Shown here piece by piece: positions 6,894-16,054 of a stretch of DNA of 59,780 nucleotides. Position 1 is the first letter of the stretch. Each line of letters begins with the position of its first letter. A model generated the notes under the pieces. The model was not told where the DNA came from. It did not search any database and saw only the letters and a list, made by a program, of their open reading frames with translations. The DNA is from a virus (Duplodnaviria > Caudoviricetes): positions 1 to 59,780 of IMG/VR virus record IMGVR_UViG_3300025084_000023; one strand, given 5' to 3'. The translations under genes were made by a program, and so were the position numbers.

Positions 6894-7161
6894 AGACTAT
6901 CAGATAAAAAGAAAGCTAAGCCTTATTCAGGATATGCTAATACAAAAGAATAGAGCGTATGGTAGTTCTGCCCTTGAGCCTCTGAATATTTTCAGTAAGG
7001 GTAAGGCTACCAACTCTCTATGCTCTCGCATAGATGACAAGCTAGCAAGGATAAAGAACGTAGGTGTATCAGATGAGACAGAGGATACTCTGTTTGATTT
7101 GGTTGGTTACCTAGTATTATTAATGATTTCAATTGACGACAATGAAAAGAGAGATATTTAA
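6880..7161 (+). CDS. DUF1599 / nucleotide-modification-associated domain protein
   Basis: KNRAYG...RIDDKLARIKN...EDTLFDLVGY pattern. Confidence 0.7.
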   Translation: MSKSRDYQIKRKLSLIQDMLIQKNRAYGSSALEPLNIFSKGKATNSLCSRIDDKLARIKNVGVSDETEDTLFDLVGYLVLLMISIDDNEKRDI

Positions 7162-7441
7162 TCAGTATGTAGACGAGATAGTTAAACTATTTCGAATAAG
7201 CAAAGAAGATTTATTTACTAAATCTAAGAGGCGAAACTTAGTGGACGCAAGGTATACCTTGTACTATTTATGTGCAACAAGACCAATGAGACTTAAGTAC
7301 ATCACTCAGTTTATGTTAGACAATGGATACGATATTGCACACAACAACATAATGCACGGCATTAAATGTATGCAAGAAAAAGTTAACGAGGATAACGATT
7401 ATAAGTTAATAATTAAAAGACTAGAGTTATGCGTAGCTTAG
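7142..7441 (+). CDS. DnaA C-terminal (domain IV)-like HTH protein
   Basis: ISKEDLFTKSKRRNLVDARYTLYYL...HNNIMHG resembles the DnaA_C signature. Confidence 0.65.
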   Translation: MKREIFNQYVDEIVKLFRISKEDLFTKSKRRNLVDARYTLYYLCATRPMRLKYITQFMLDNGYDIAHNNIMHGIKCMQEKVNEDNDYKLIIKRLELCVA

Positions 7442-7836
7442 AGGATATATTCAAAGAAGCAATGAATGATAGCTACTCAGCTATCCTAGATACTCCATAT
7501 GTAGAAGCTAGGTTAGTCTTTGGGGTTAAGATAGTAAGGGACAGAGAGAGTGGCCTTATAGAGATTCTTAATACCACAAGAGGTGGCGATTACTATAAGG
7601 AGATTACCCAAAAAGAATACCAAGAATTTTACGTAAACGGTTGGAGATATGGGGTTTATGACGTATCTTTGTCTAACTATCGAAGGAAGTTAGATATGAT
7701 TGACTACAATGTTAATGAAGCGATTGCTAACCTTGCTAGTAAGAAAGAGATAGAAGGCTTTCATACACGTAGAAAGAATATAATGAATCGCTACGCAAAA
7801 ATTTCTAATAAATTAAATCTATTAAGCAATGAGTAA
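7429..7836 (+). CDS. Hypothetical protein
   Basis: ORF track. Confidence 0.7.
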   Translation: MRSLEDIFKEAMNDSYSAILDTPYVEARLVFGVKIVRDRESGLIEILNTTRGGDYYKEITQKEYQEFYVNGWRYGVYDVSLSNYRRKLDMIDYNVNEAIANLASKKEIEGFHTRRKNIMNRYAKISNKLNLLSNE

Positions 7837-8413
7837 GAACAACTACACTACACTAGCTACGCTCCCTATCAGAGAAAAGGTTGAGCGCAAAGGAAACTTA
7901 GACTACTTATCTTGGGCAAATGCTTGGCATATGCTAAAGACAATACATCCCGACGCACAGAGGATTGTATATGAGTCTGTTCAAACAGACTTAAACTATT
8001 TCACAGACGGAACAACTGCATACGTTAAGGTTGGGGTTGTCGTGGATGGCTTAGAGCATATTGATTACCTTCCGGTAATGGATTACAGAAATAACTCAAT
8101 ACCATTAGAGAAAGTTACGTCAATGGATGTAAACAAATCTATTCAGCGTTCAACTGCTAAAGCTATTGCAATGCACGGGTTAGGTTTATCTCTATGGACG
8201 GGAGAGGATATTCCACAAATGACCACAGTTAAATCAGAATCTAAGACTAAAGCATCTAAGATAACTCTTGAGATTGCAGACGACAATTGGGCTAAGGTTA
8301 TGAAGTATATGTCAGCGAACAAGAACTTAGGTCTTACTCAGATTGTTAAGAACTTGGAGACCAAGTATAAGATGAATGCTAAGGTTAAGAAGGAACTAGA
8401 GAAGGCTATGTAA
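7829..8413 (+). CDS. Sak3-like single-strand annealing protein (DUF1071)
   Basis: YLSWANAW, PVMDYRNN, DVNKSIQR...KAIAMHGLGL motifs; next to exonuclease and SSB-like genes. Confidence 0.8.
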   Translation: MSKNNYTTLATLPIREKVERKGNLDYLSWANAWHMLKTIHPDAQRIVYESVQTDLNYFTDGTTAYVKVGVVVDGLEHIDYLPVMDYRNNSIPLEKVTSMDVNKSIQRSTAKAIAMHGLGLSLWTGEDIPQMTTVKSESKTKASKITLEIADDNWAKVMKYMSANKNLGLTQIVKNLETKYKMNAKVKKELEKAM

Positions 8414-8414
8414 T

Positions 8415-9149
8415 ATGTCAGATATTATAGAAAAACTCCGTGACGATGCTGAGTACTATGGAGGGGTAGGTAAGAACTACCTCTCTAACTCAGACATTAG
8501 CTCGCTACTAAACAATCCAAAGGAATTTGGTGTAGCTAGAGCAGACAATCCTGTATTCGCTAAGGGAAGATTATTCCATCAGCTAATACTTGAACCGGAG
8601 AAAGCTAAAGATGTTGTGTCGTTAGATATTGGTTCAAGAAATACTAAGAAATATAAAGACTTTGTAGCAGATAATGAATTAGATTTCTGTCTGCTAAACA
8701 AAGAGGTTGACGAGATAAAATCTTGGGTTAACACAATGCTTGCTAATATGAACTTCTTTGATATAATTTACGATGAAGGTAATCAGTTTGAAGTGCCTAA
8801 CGTGAAAGAGATTAAAGGAATGATGTGGAAAGGTAAGGCTGATATTGTAACGTCAGACTGTCTGATAGATTTAAAAACTACCGGAGACATTAAGAAGTTT
8901 AAGAGGTCAGCTAATCTATACAACTACGATAGTCAAGCATATATATACCAAGAGTTATTTGGCAAGCCACTTATCTTTCTAGTTATTGATAAGACAACTC
9001 ACGCTCTAGGAATCTTTAGACCATCTGAAGACTTCATTAGACGAGGAGAATTAAAGGTAGAGCGAGCAATAGAAGTGTACAATAAGTTCTTTTCAGAGGA
9101 CGCTCAGCACACTATTGAAGACTACTTTATTGAAGAGTACATTGATTAG
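8415..9149 (+). CDS. PD-(D/E)XK exonuclease (DUF3799 / RecE-like)
   Basis: LSNSDI, GRLFH, KGKADI...IDLKTT, YDSQAYIY motifs. Confidence 0.8.
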   Translation: MSDIIEKLRDDAEYYGGVGKNYLSNSDISSLLNNPKEFGVARADNPVFAKGRLFHQLILEPEKAKDVVSLDIGSRNTKKYKDFVADNELDFCLLNKEVDEIKSWVNTMLANMNFFDIIYDEGNQFEVPNVKEIKGMMWKGKADIVTSDCLIDLKTTGDIKKFKRSANLYNYDSQAYIYQELFGKPLIFLVIDKTTHALGIFRPSEDFIRRGELKVERAIEVYNKFFSEDAQHTIEDYFIEEYID

Positions 9150-9165
9150 TCTGTTCGAACAGACT
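9148..9165. repeat. 18-bp palindrome copy overlapping the exonuclease stop codon
   Basis: AGTCTGTTCGAACAGACT. Confidence 0.9.
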
Positions 9166-9174
9166 CACACAGAT

Positions 9175-9222
9175 GGCGAAACTCGATGTGCCTCCAATCG
9201 AGTCTAGCCTTTATAATGGAGG
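9175..9222 (+). promoter_or_regulatory. Candidate H-type RNA pseudoknot in the leader of the SSB-like gene
   Basis: Stem ACUCGAU/AUCGAGU (extended by GGC/GCC); loop CCUCCA complementary to downstream UGGAGG. Confidence 0.6.
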
Positions 9223-9237
9223 ATAAATATTTACACT

Positions 9238-9504
9238 ATGGCAAAAGAGAAAATCTTTGCAGACGGATTCTCGTTCAACACGAGAGACAATCAACCTGAC
9301 TTTGTTGTTGGGAGAGTATCAATCAAGTTAGAAGACGCTATACCATTCTTGAAAGAGCATGGCTCAAAGCGTGGATGGGTAAACCTTAATATCCTTACGG
9401 GTAGAAGTGGTAAGCCATACATAGAGCTTGATACGTTTGAACCAAAATCAAACACGACTAACGCTAAAACCACTACTGTGGTAGAGGAAGATTTACCATT
9501 CTAA
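9238..9504 (+). CDS. Putative single-stranded DNA-binding protein
   Basis: Small beta-rich domain, low-complexity linker, acidic EEDLPF C-terminal tip; recombination-module context. Confidence 0.65.
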   Translation: MAKEKIFADGFSFNTRDNQPDFVVGRVSIKLEDAIPFLKEHGSKRGWVNLNILTGRSGKPYIELDTFEPKSNTTNAKTTTVVEEDLPF

Positions 9505-9523
9505 ATTCCCCCTAGTTAGAGTG

Positions 9524-9556
9524 AAGAGGGTAGGCTATATGTCTACCCTTTTTTTT
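9524..9556 (+). terminator. Intrinsic terminator
   Basis: AGGGTAGGC-tatat-GTCTACCCT followed by a T run. Confidence 0.85.
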
Positions 9557-9565
9557 AGCTATGTT

Positions 9566-9717
9566 AAATGTTAATTCGACATCCCTATATATTCTATTAG
9601 GGTTTTTCTTTTATATTATTTTTTTTATTTATATATTTACACTTTAAAATTAACATTATTAACACTACTATTGATAATCAGTTAGTTAAGTACTAATCTT
9701 TAACACAAAATCAACAC
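9566..9717. repeat. AT-rich origin-like element, copy 1 (copy 2 at 57408-57570)
   Basis: Identical 21-mer TTAAAATTAACATTATTAACA, shared TGATAATCA, and several TAACA/CAACA repeats. Confidence 0.7.
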
Positions 9718-9718
9718 A

Positions 9719-12109
9719 ATGTCAGCATTACAAGTAACGATATTTAAAAATATCAAGGAAACTGCGACTCCATTCTACAGAGAAGTAGGAGTGGTATTAG
9801 AAAGAATAAGAGAAGGTGCGTCCAAAGAACTAGTCAAGAGCATTAGACTAGAGAGTGACAAAGCACAACGCAACGAGATAAAAAAATTGCTTCCGGCAGT
9901 ATGCTTCTCGGGAACATTCACAAAGCGTAGAGACGATTCAATAAGTACGCATAGTGGTCTAATGTGTTTAGACTTTGACGGCTATCCAAAGAAAAAAATT
10001 ATGCTATCCGAGAAGGAGAAGCTAAGTAAAGATAGATTTGTTTACTCTGTATTTATATCACCATCAGGTAACGGTCTCAAGGTATTAGTTAAAGTACCAC
10101 AGGATATTGACAATCACGTAAACTATTTCAACTCTCTCGAAAATCATTTCAACTCAGAGTATTTTGATAAGACTTGCAAGAACATATCAAGAGTATGTTA
10201 CGAGTCATACGACCCGTTAATCTATGTCAACGAGACATCTTCAGTGTGGGATGAAATTCAAGATATTGAATATAAGGAAGTGTCTGTTATAAAAGATGCA
10301 CCTACGATTCCAATCACAGATGAGAATAAGATTGTTGATATACTTGTTAAGTGGTGGACTAAGAAGTATCCAATGGCTGAAGGTCAGAGAAATCAAAACG
10401 CATTTGTTTTAGCGATGGCTTTTAATGACTATGGTATAAATAAAAGTTTAGCATCCTACGTTCTTAATAGTTACTCAACTGAAGGCTTTAGTTTAAAAGA
10501 GATAGCACGAACAATTGATTCAGCTTACTCTAACTCTCAAAACTTCGGAACTAAATACTACGAGGATGAAGAGAGGGTAAACAATATCAAGTCTCAGTTC
10601 AGACGTGGTGCATCAAAAAAGGAAATCCGTCAAGAACTAGAAGACTCGAGTCTAGACGGAGCAGTGATAGAGTCAGTGTTATCTCGAGTGCTAGACGAGG
10701 ATTCCCTAAAACAGTTTTGGACTAAGAATGACAAGGGAACTATAAAGATTGTTCACATCCTTTTTAAAGCGTTCTTAGAGGACAACGGATTCTATAAGTA
10801 TTGCCCGGAGGGAAGTAAGAACTACGTCTTTGTGAGGGTTACTAACAACCTTATAGACCACACATCAGAGAAGGAGATTAAAGACTTTATTTTAGGTCAT
10901 CTTATTTCGCTAGAGGATTTAAGTATCTACAACTACTTTGCAGATAGCACACGATTCTTTAGAGAGGAATTTCTTACCCTGCTATCAACTATTGATATAT
11001 ACTTTATATCAGACACCAAAGACTCAGCGTACTTGTACTACAGAAATTGTGCAGTACAGATTACTAAGGATGCAATCAAACCAATAGACTACCTAGACTT
11101 AGGTGGTTACGTTTGGAGTGACCACGTGATTGATAGGAACTTTAATCTATGTGAGGTTGGTGACTGCGACTACAAGAAATTTATAAACAATGTATGTGGT
11201 AATGATTCGGAGCGAATTAAATCAATGGAGAGTACGATTGGCTTTATGCTTCACGCACACAAGAACCTATCCTACTGTCCGGCAGTGATTCTAAACGATG
11301 AGGTTATCTCTGACAATCCTGAGGGTGGTACGGGTAAGGGTTTATTTATGAATGCTCTATCTAAAATGAAAAAGGTTGTAACGATTGATGGTAAATCATT
11401 TACGTTTGAGCGTTCGTTTGCATACCAACTTGTATCAGCAGATACGCAGATACTTGTATTCGATGACGTTAAGAAGCACTTTGATTTCGAGAGATTGTTC
11501 AGCGTGGTTACTGAAGGTCTTACGCTAGAGAAGAAGAACAAGGATGCTATCAAGATACCATTCTCAAAATCTCCTAAGATTGCAATCACAACTAACTATG
11601 CAATCAAAGGTTCAGGTAATTCATTTGCTAGACGTAAGTGGGAACTTGAATTGCATCAGCATTACAACAAGAACTTTACTCCGTTGGATGATTTCGGTAA
11701 GTTAATGTTTGGCGATTGGGGTGATGACGAGTGGTGTGGCTTTGATAACTATATGATTGGATGTCTACAGAAATACTTAGGTGGAGGTCTTAAGAAGAGT
11801 GCTTTTGTTAATTTAAATGTTAGACAATTATCCTCAGAAACAAGTCACGAATTTATTGAATGGTGTGGATTGGTTGAAGGAACTGAAGGTTCGGCTAACC
11901 TACCTTCAAATACAAGACTAACTACTAATCAGTTATTCTTTGATTTCATTGAGGAGTATCCTGACTATCAACCAAGAGGAGGTCGTGCTTCATTGTCACG
12001 AAATAAGTTCTATAAATGGTTAGTTTCATACGCACTATTTAAAGAAGGAATTCAGCCTGAGGTTGGAAGAGACGTGCACGGTAAATTTATAATCATAAAA
12101 ACACAATAA
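9719..12109 (+). CDS. Primase-helicase (VirE-N/BT4734-like primase domain, PriCT, SF3-type helicase)
   Basis: CFSGTF...SGLMCLDFD...SPSGNGLK primase motifs; EGQRN PriCT motif; Walker A GGTGKG, ILVFDD, ITTN. Confidence 0.85.
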   Translation: MSALQVTIFKNIKETATPFYREVGVVLERIREGASKELVKSIRLESDKAQRNEIKKLLPAVCFSGTFTKRRDDSISTHSGLMCLDFDGYPKKKIMLSEKEKLSKDRFVYSVFISPSGNGLKVLVKVPQDIDNHVNYFNSLENHFNSEYFDKTCKNISRVCYESYDPLIYVNETSSVWDEIQDIEYKEVSVIKDAPTIPITDENKIVDILVKWWTKKYPMAEGQRNQNAFVLAMAFNDYGINKSLASYVLNSYSTEGFSLKEIARTIDSAYSNSQNFGTKYYEDEERVNNIKSQFRRGASKKEIRQELEDSSLDGAVIESVLSRVLDEDSLKQFWTKNDKGTIKIVHILFKAFLEDNGFYKYCPEGSKNYVFVRVTNNLIDHTSEKEIKDFILGHLISLEDLSIYNYFADSTRFFREEFLTLLSTIDIYFISDTKDSAYLYYRNCAVQITKDAIKPIDYLDLGGYVWSDHVIDRNFNLCEVGDCDYKKFINNVCGNDSERIKSMESTIGFMLHAHKNLSYCPAVILNDEVISDNPEGGTGKGLFMNALSKMKKVVTIDGKSFTFERSFAYQLVSADTQILVFDDVKKHFDFERLFSVVTEGLTLEKKNKDAIKIPFSKSPKIAITTNYAIKGSGNSFARRKWELELHQHYNKNFTPLDDFGKLMFGDWGDDEWCGFDNYMIGCLQKYLGGGLKKSAFVNLNVRQLSSETSHEFIEWCGLVEGTEGSANLPSNTRLTTNQLFFDFIEEYPDYQPRGGRASLSRNKFYKWLVSYALFKEGIQPEVGRDVHGKFIIIKTQ

Positions 12110-12369
12110 TGAAAGGATACGATACACTACTAGATTTCCTTGTTGAGCAATATGACGATAGGGAATTTCTAAAGGCAGATGGATATGACTCTGCCTGTAT
12201 AGGATTTGATTACAAGACAAAGAGATTAATATACTCTACAAGCAAGTGTATTAAGATACTTGTAGAAGGCGGAATGTCAGAAGAGGAAGCCTGCGAATAC
12301 TTTCAGTTTAATACATTAGAGGCTTACGTTGGTGAGAAGACTCCAATATTTGCAATAGACGAATGGTAG
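12109..12369 (+). CDS. Conserved phage hypothetical protein
   Basis: ADGYDSACIG...EYFQFNT..AYVGEKTP pattern. Confidence 0.7.
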   Translation: MKGYDTLLDFLVEQYDDREFLKADGYDSACIGFDYKTKRLIYSTSKCIKILVEGGMSEEEACEYFQFNTLEAYVGEKTPIFAIDEW

Positions 12370-13607
12370 AGACTGTGAAGTGGAGAGAATACCAATCGGA
12401 TATAATTGGTAGAGCCACAAATATACTCAAGACTAAGAACTTTGTGTACCTAGCTATGGAAGTTAGGACGGGGAAGACTCTTACTAGCCTTGGAATATGT
12501 GAGAAGGTTAATGCTGAGAATGTATTGTTCCTTACAAAAAAGAAAGCGATACAATCAATCAGTGATGACTACGACTTGCTATGCCCTGTAAGGTTTAGCT
12601 TGTTTACAATCAACTATGAGTCGATGCACAAGGCTCCCAATATAAAGTGGGATGTGATTATATGCGATGAGTCTCATAGTCTTGGTGCGTTTCCTAAACC
12701 AAATAAAAGAGCCAAGGGCGTGCGAGATTTGATTGTAAAGACAGGAGCAAAGGTTATACTTCTGTCAGGTACACCAACACCTGAATCGTATAGTCAGATG
12801 TACCATCAAGTGTATGGAATAAAAGGCAATCCATTTTCTACGTTTAAAAACTTCTACAGATTCTGTGATAGATTCGTAAACGTAACGGAGCGAAAGATAA
12901 ACGGCTTAATGATTCGAGACTATTCAAATGGTATGCAATCAATACTAGATGCAGTCAAGCCATTTACTATAAGTCTTACGCAGAAGGAGGCAGGGTTTGT
13001 TACTGAGACTACAGAGGATGTGCTTGAGGTTAAGATGCTAGATACCACATACAACCTAGCCAATAAGCTAAAGAAAGACTTGGTTGTTGAGGGTAATGAT
13101 GAGGTTGTATTAGCAGATACTCCTGTGAAGTTAATGATGAAGCTGCATCAGATATACTCCGGCACAGTAAAGTTTGAGGGTGGTAATTCAATGATAGTAG
13201 ACTACTCGAAAGCTGAGTTTATTAAAGAGCATTTCAAAGGTAAGAAGATTGGAATATTCTATAAGTTTAAGGAGGAGTTGAATGCTCTGAAGAAGGTATT
13301 CGGTGACGACTTAGTGACTGAACTTAGTCTGTTCCAACAGACTAATAAGCATATAGCTTTACAGATTGTTTCAGGTCGTGAAGGTATATCCCTCAAGGAT
13401 GCTGACTGCTTAGTCTACTACAACATTGACTTCAGTGCTACAAGCTATTGGCAGTCTAAGGATAGGATGACAACTAAAGAGCGTCTTAAAAATAAAGTTT
13501 ATTGGGTGTTCTCTAAGGGAGGTATCGAGTCTAAAATCTATAAGGCAGTTACAAAGAAGAAAGATTATACCTTACAACATTTTAAAAGAGATTTATTATC
13601 TTTATAG
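12363..13607 (+). CDS. SNF2-like superfamily 2 helicase
   Basis: REYQ, RTGKT, DESH, LSGTP, SGREGISL, QSKDR motifs. Confidence 0.88.
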   Translation: MVETVKWREYQSDIIGRATNILKTKNFVYLAMEVRTGKTLTSLGICEKVNAENVLFLTKKKAIQSISDDYDLLCPVRFSLFTINYESMHKAPNIKWDVIICDESHSLGAFPKPNKRAKGVRDLIVKTGAKVILLSGTPTPESYSQMYHQVYGIKGNPFSTFKNFYRFCDRFVNVTERKINGLMIRDYSNGMQSILDAVKPFTISLTQKEAGFVTETTEDVLEVKMLDTTYNLANKLKKDLVVEGNDEVVLADTPVKLMMKLHQIYSGTVKFEGGNSMIVDYSKAEFIKEHFKGKKIGIFYKFKEELNALKKVFGDDLVTELSLFQQTNKHIALQIVSGREGISLKDADCLVYYNIDFSATSYWQSKDRMTTKERLKNKVYWVFSKGGIESKIYKAVTKKKDYTLQHFKRDLLSL

Positions 13608-13608
13608 A

Positions 13609-13851
13609 ATGACAGAGCAACAGATACAATCTAAAAGAATCAAGGAGTTGGAGTCTCAAGGTTATTATGTTTTGAAATTAATCAAGACTAATAAGAATGG
13701 GATTCCCGACTTGGTTGCATTCAAGCCTAACGCTGATGTATTATTCAGTGAGGTCAAGAAACCTACAGGGAAGGTGTCTAAATTACAAGAGTATAGACTT
13801 AAAGAATTAGAAAGCTATGGATTCAGAACAGAAGTCTACAGAGGGGATTAG
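13609..13851 (+). CDS. VRR-NUC nuclease
   Basis: TEQQIQ...GIPDL...EVKKPTGKVSKLQ; follows the SNF2 helicase. Confidence 0.85.
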   Translation: MTEQQIQSKRIKELESQGYYVLKLIKTNKNGIPDLVAFKPNADVLFSEVKKPTGKVSKLQEYRLKELESYGFRTEVYRGD

Positions 13852-14161
13852 ATTACTCTTAACAGAAGAGTTTGTTGATGACTTAGATTTTTATCAGGAC
13901 GATGAAGTAGAGTTTATAATCAAGAGTCTAAGTAGAGAGCAAGAAAAGTTTAAGGTTCTTAATAACTTAGCACAGTATGTGTATGGAGTTATTCAGATTG
14001 AAGACCCTTTATACTTTAAAGTTGAGTTCGTTAATCAAGAAGGCGAGAGGCCAACATATCTATCACTAGAAGGTGTAGGTGTTGATGAGTTTCTTGACGC
14101 AATTAATAACAATCAAACACTAGAATTAAATGAAAATAGAGGAATTAATAGTAAGAAATGA
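13817..14161 (+). CDS. Hypothetical protein
   Basis: ORF track. Confidence 0.65.
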   Translation: MDSEQKSTEGIRLLLTEEFVDDLDFYQDDEVEFIIKSLSREQEKFKVLNNLAQYVYGVIQIEDPLYFKVEFVNQEGERPTYLSLEGVGVDEFLDAINNNQTLELNENRGINSKK

Positions 14162-14681
14162 AACAAAGTCTGAAGTTAAAATAAGATTAAAGGCTGTTGT
14201 TGAGTCTGTTTATAGGTTAGATATTTCTAGAAAGAACAGACAAAGAGAGTATGTATCTGCAAGGATATCCTATATACGAATTTTACGTGACGTAGGTTTT
14301 GGTGTACAAGATATTGGTAGGTCAATAAATAAACATCACTCAAGCGTAATACACAATGATAAAAAGTTTGAAGTGTATTATAAGTTTGATAAAAGGTTTA
14401 GAAAATTTCACGATATTATACTAGAAAAGTTTTATGTTGATGAGAATACTGTTATTGACTACAAGGTGTGTGAGTTAGAAAATGATAATAAATCTTTGAA
14501 TTTAAAGATAAAAGAATTACATTCGCAAAACGAGCAACTAAAATTAAGAATACAATACCTTGAAAATCAGGCAGAAAAAAATAAGTCTCTTCACGAAATG
14601 ATTAACATAAGAGTTAAGCCGGGAACAGAAAATAAAATTCATTCTAAACTAAACAGATTTTTCAATGGAGTATACTCATAA
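14130..14681 (+). CDS. Second DnaA-C-like HTH protein with coiled-coil tail
   Basis: RKNRQREYVSAR...IGRSINKHHSSVIH. Confidence 0.6.
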   Translation: MKIEELIVRNETKSEVKIRLKAVVESVYRLDISRKNRQREYVSARISYIRILRDVGFGVQDIGRSINKHHSSVIHNDKKFEVYYKFDKRFRKFHDIILEKFYVDENTVIDYKVCELENDNKSLNLKIKELHSQNEQLKLRIQYLENQAEKNKSLHEMINIRVKPGTENKIHSKLNRFFNGVYS

Positions 14682-14895
14682 TAACATAGAAGACATCTTA
14701 GGTTTTACAACTTGGGATGATAAGAAAAAGTTAGACGAACTTCTGCGTATAGATTGTAAGATGTATACTAATTTAGGTTCGGACTCAACTAAGAAAGAGG
14801 TTGCTGATGTTAAAGCAATATCTAAAAAGATTTATAAAGTAATACAAAAAATAAACCCACAGATGGGAAAGACTTTTCTTTCCTGCTTTGATTAA
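14665..14895 (+). CDS. Hypothetical protein
   Basis: ORF track. Confidence 0.7.
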   Translation: MEYTHNNIEDILGFTTWDDKKKLDELLRIDCKMYTNLGSDSTKKEVADVKAISKKIYKVIQKINPQMGKTFLSCFD

Positions 14896-14900
14896 GAGTA

Positions 14901-15092
14901 ATGCAACAGAAGTCTAATCTCCACAAGTCAAGAATAACGCACATCAATTTACTGATGAAGGAGATACACGACTCTACCAATACCATATACGAATGCCTTA
15001 TTGATAGAGAGCATAAGCAATCAAAGGCTGAGATAAAGCGTTTAATAAAAAAGCTCTCATCGGTTTTAGAATCTTTACAGGATGACATCTAA
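14901..15092 (+). CDS. Hypothetical protein
   Basis: ORF track. Confidence 0.65.
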   Translation: MQQKSNLHKSRITHINLLMKEIHDSTNTIYECLIDREHKQSKAEIKRLIKKLSSVLESLQDDI

Positions 15093-15474
15093 GACTCAGG
15101 AATGTAGGGATTGTAAAGAGCAGAAACCATTAAGTTATTATTGGTCTGCAGGTGTTAAGAATGGTAAGAAGTATTACAGAAAGCGATGTAAGATTTGTTA
15201 TAGTACAACTAAGTATAGTTATAAACATAAACTAAAAGATTGGTTTAAGGATTATAAACAGAATTTAGAATGCTTTAAGTGTGGATACTCTAAGAAGACT
15301 CATAAATCTTTTAATGTAAAGGCTTTACAGTTTCATCACACTGATGATAATAAAGAGTTCGCAGTATCAGAAGGTGTGTGCGATGGTTTTTCTATAAAGA
15401 GAATATTAAAAGAAATAAAAAAGTGTCAGGTACTATGTGCTAGATGTCACGCAGAACATCACTATGAGATTTGA
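15082..15474 (+). CDS. HNH endonuclease-like zinc-finger protein
   Basis: Multiple CxxC pairs, LQFHH, CQVLCARCHAEHH. Confidence 0.8.
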   Translation: MTSKTQECRDCKEQKPLSYYWSAGVKNGKKYYRKRCKICYSTTKYSYKHKLKDWFKDYKQNLECFKCGYSKKTHKSFNVKALQFHHTDDNKEFAVSEGVCDGFSIKRILKEIKKCQVLCARCHAEHHYEI

Positions 15475-15874
15475 ATCTGAGGTGGACTTAACAAGAGAGC
15501 AGCAAGCTATACAAAAGTTTGTAGATATTTTCGGTGGTAGCTTTAAGAAGCTAGGCCCGAATGATATTGATTACAGAGTGTTTAATAGCTCAAATGAACT
15601 CATTGCTTACGTTGAGGTTAAAGGAAGATTAAGACCTCTTAAAGAGGCTTATCCATTACCTGTCGCTGCACGTAAGATTGTTAAGCTATGCGATAAGAGA
15701 TTGAATCCTGTAATGATATGGGCTTGTGAGGATGGTATCATCTACGCTAAAGTTTCAGAGATACAAGGTGATGTTAGGTGGGGAGGTAGAAAACCAAGAG
15801 CACACTCGGTTAATGACGAGGAGTTAATGATTTATTATAACCAACAAAAAGGATTTAAGTATGTACGATTCTGA
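15464..15874 (+). CDS. PD-(D/E)XK-fold protein (start adjusted to MRFESE)
   Basis: IDY...YVEVKGR motif. Confidence 0.6.
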   Translation: MRFESEVDLTREQQAIQKFVDIFGGSFKKLGPNDIDYRVFNSSNELIAYVEVKGRLRPLKEAYPLPVAARKIVKLCDKRLNPVMIWACEDGIIYAKVSEIQGDVRWGGRKPRAHSVNDEELMIYYNQQKGFKYVRF

Positions 15875-16019
15875 AAAACCTGACATAAAAGAGTTTGTCT
15901 TTGCGGCAGTAGTTAGTGCAACAATTATTTACACTATATGTTATTTTATATAGAAAGTATTGTTATATTTGCTATGACTATTGTGCTAAATAATTGAGTG
16001 TTACTTGCTCGGTTGTATT

Positions 16020-16054
16020 GGAGAGTCTGTTCGAACAGACTCTCCTTTTTTTTT
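16020..16054 (+). terminator. Terminator at the convergence of the two arms; stem is the 18-bp palindrome
   Basis: GGAG-AGTCTGTTCGAACAGACT-CTCC followed by T9. Confidence 0.88.

Noticed and set aside
14203-14220. Half-match GAGTCTGTTT to the palindrome
   Set aside because: Right arm absent
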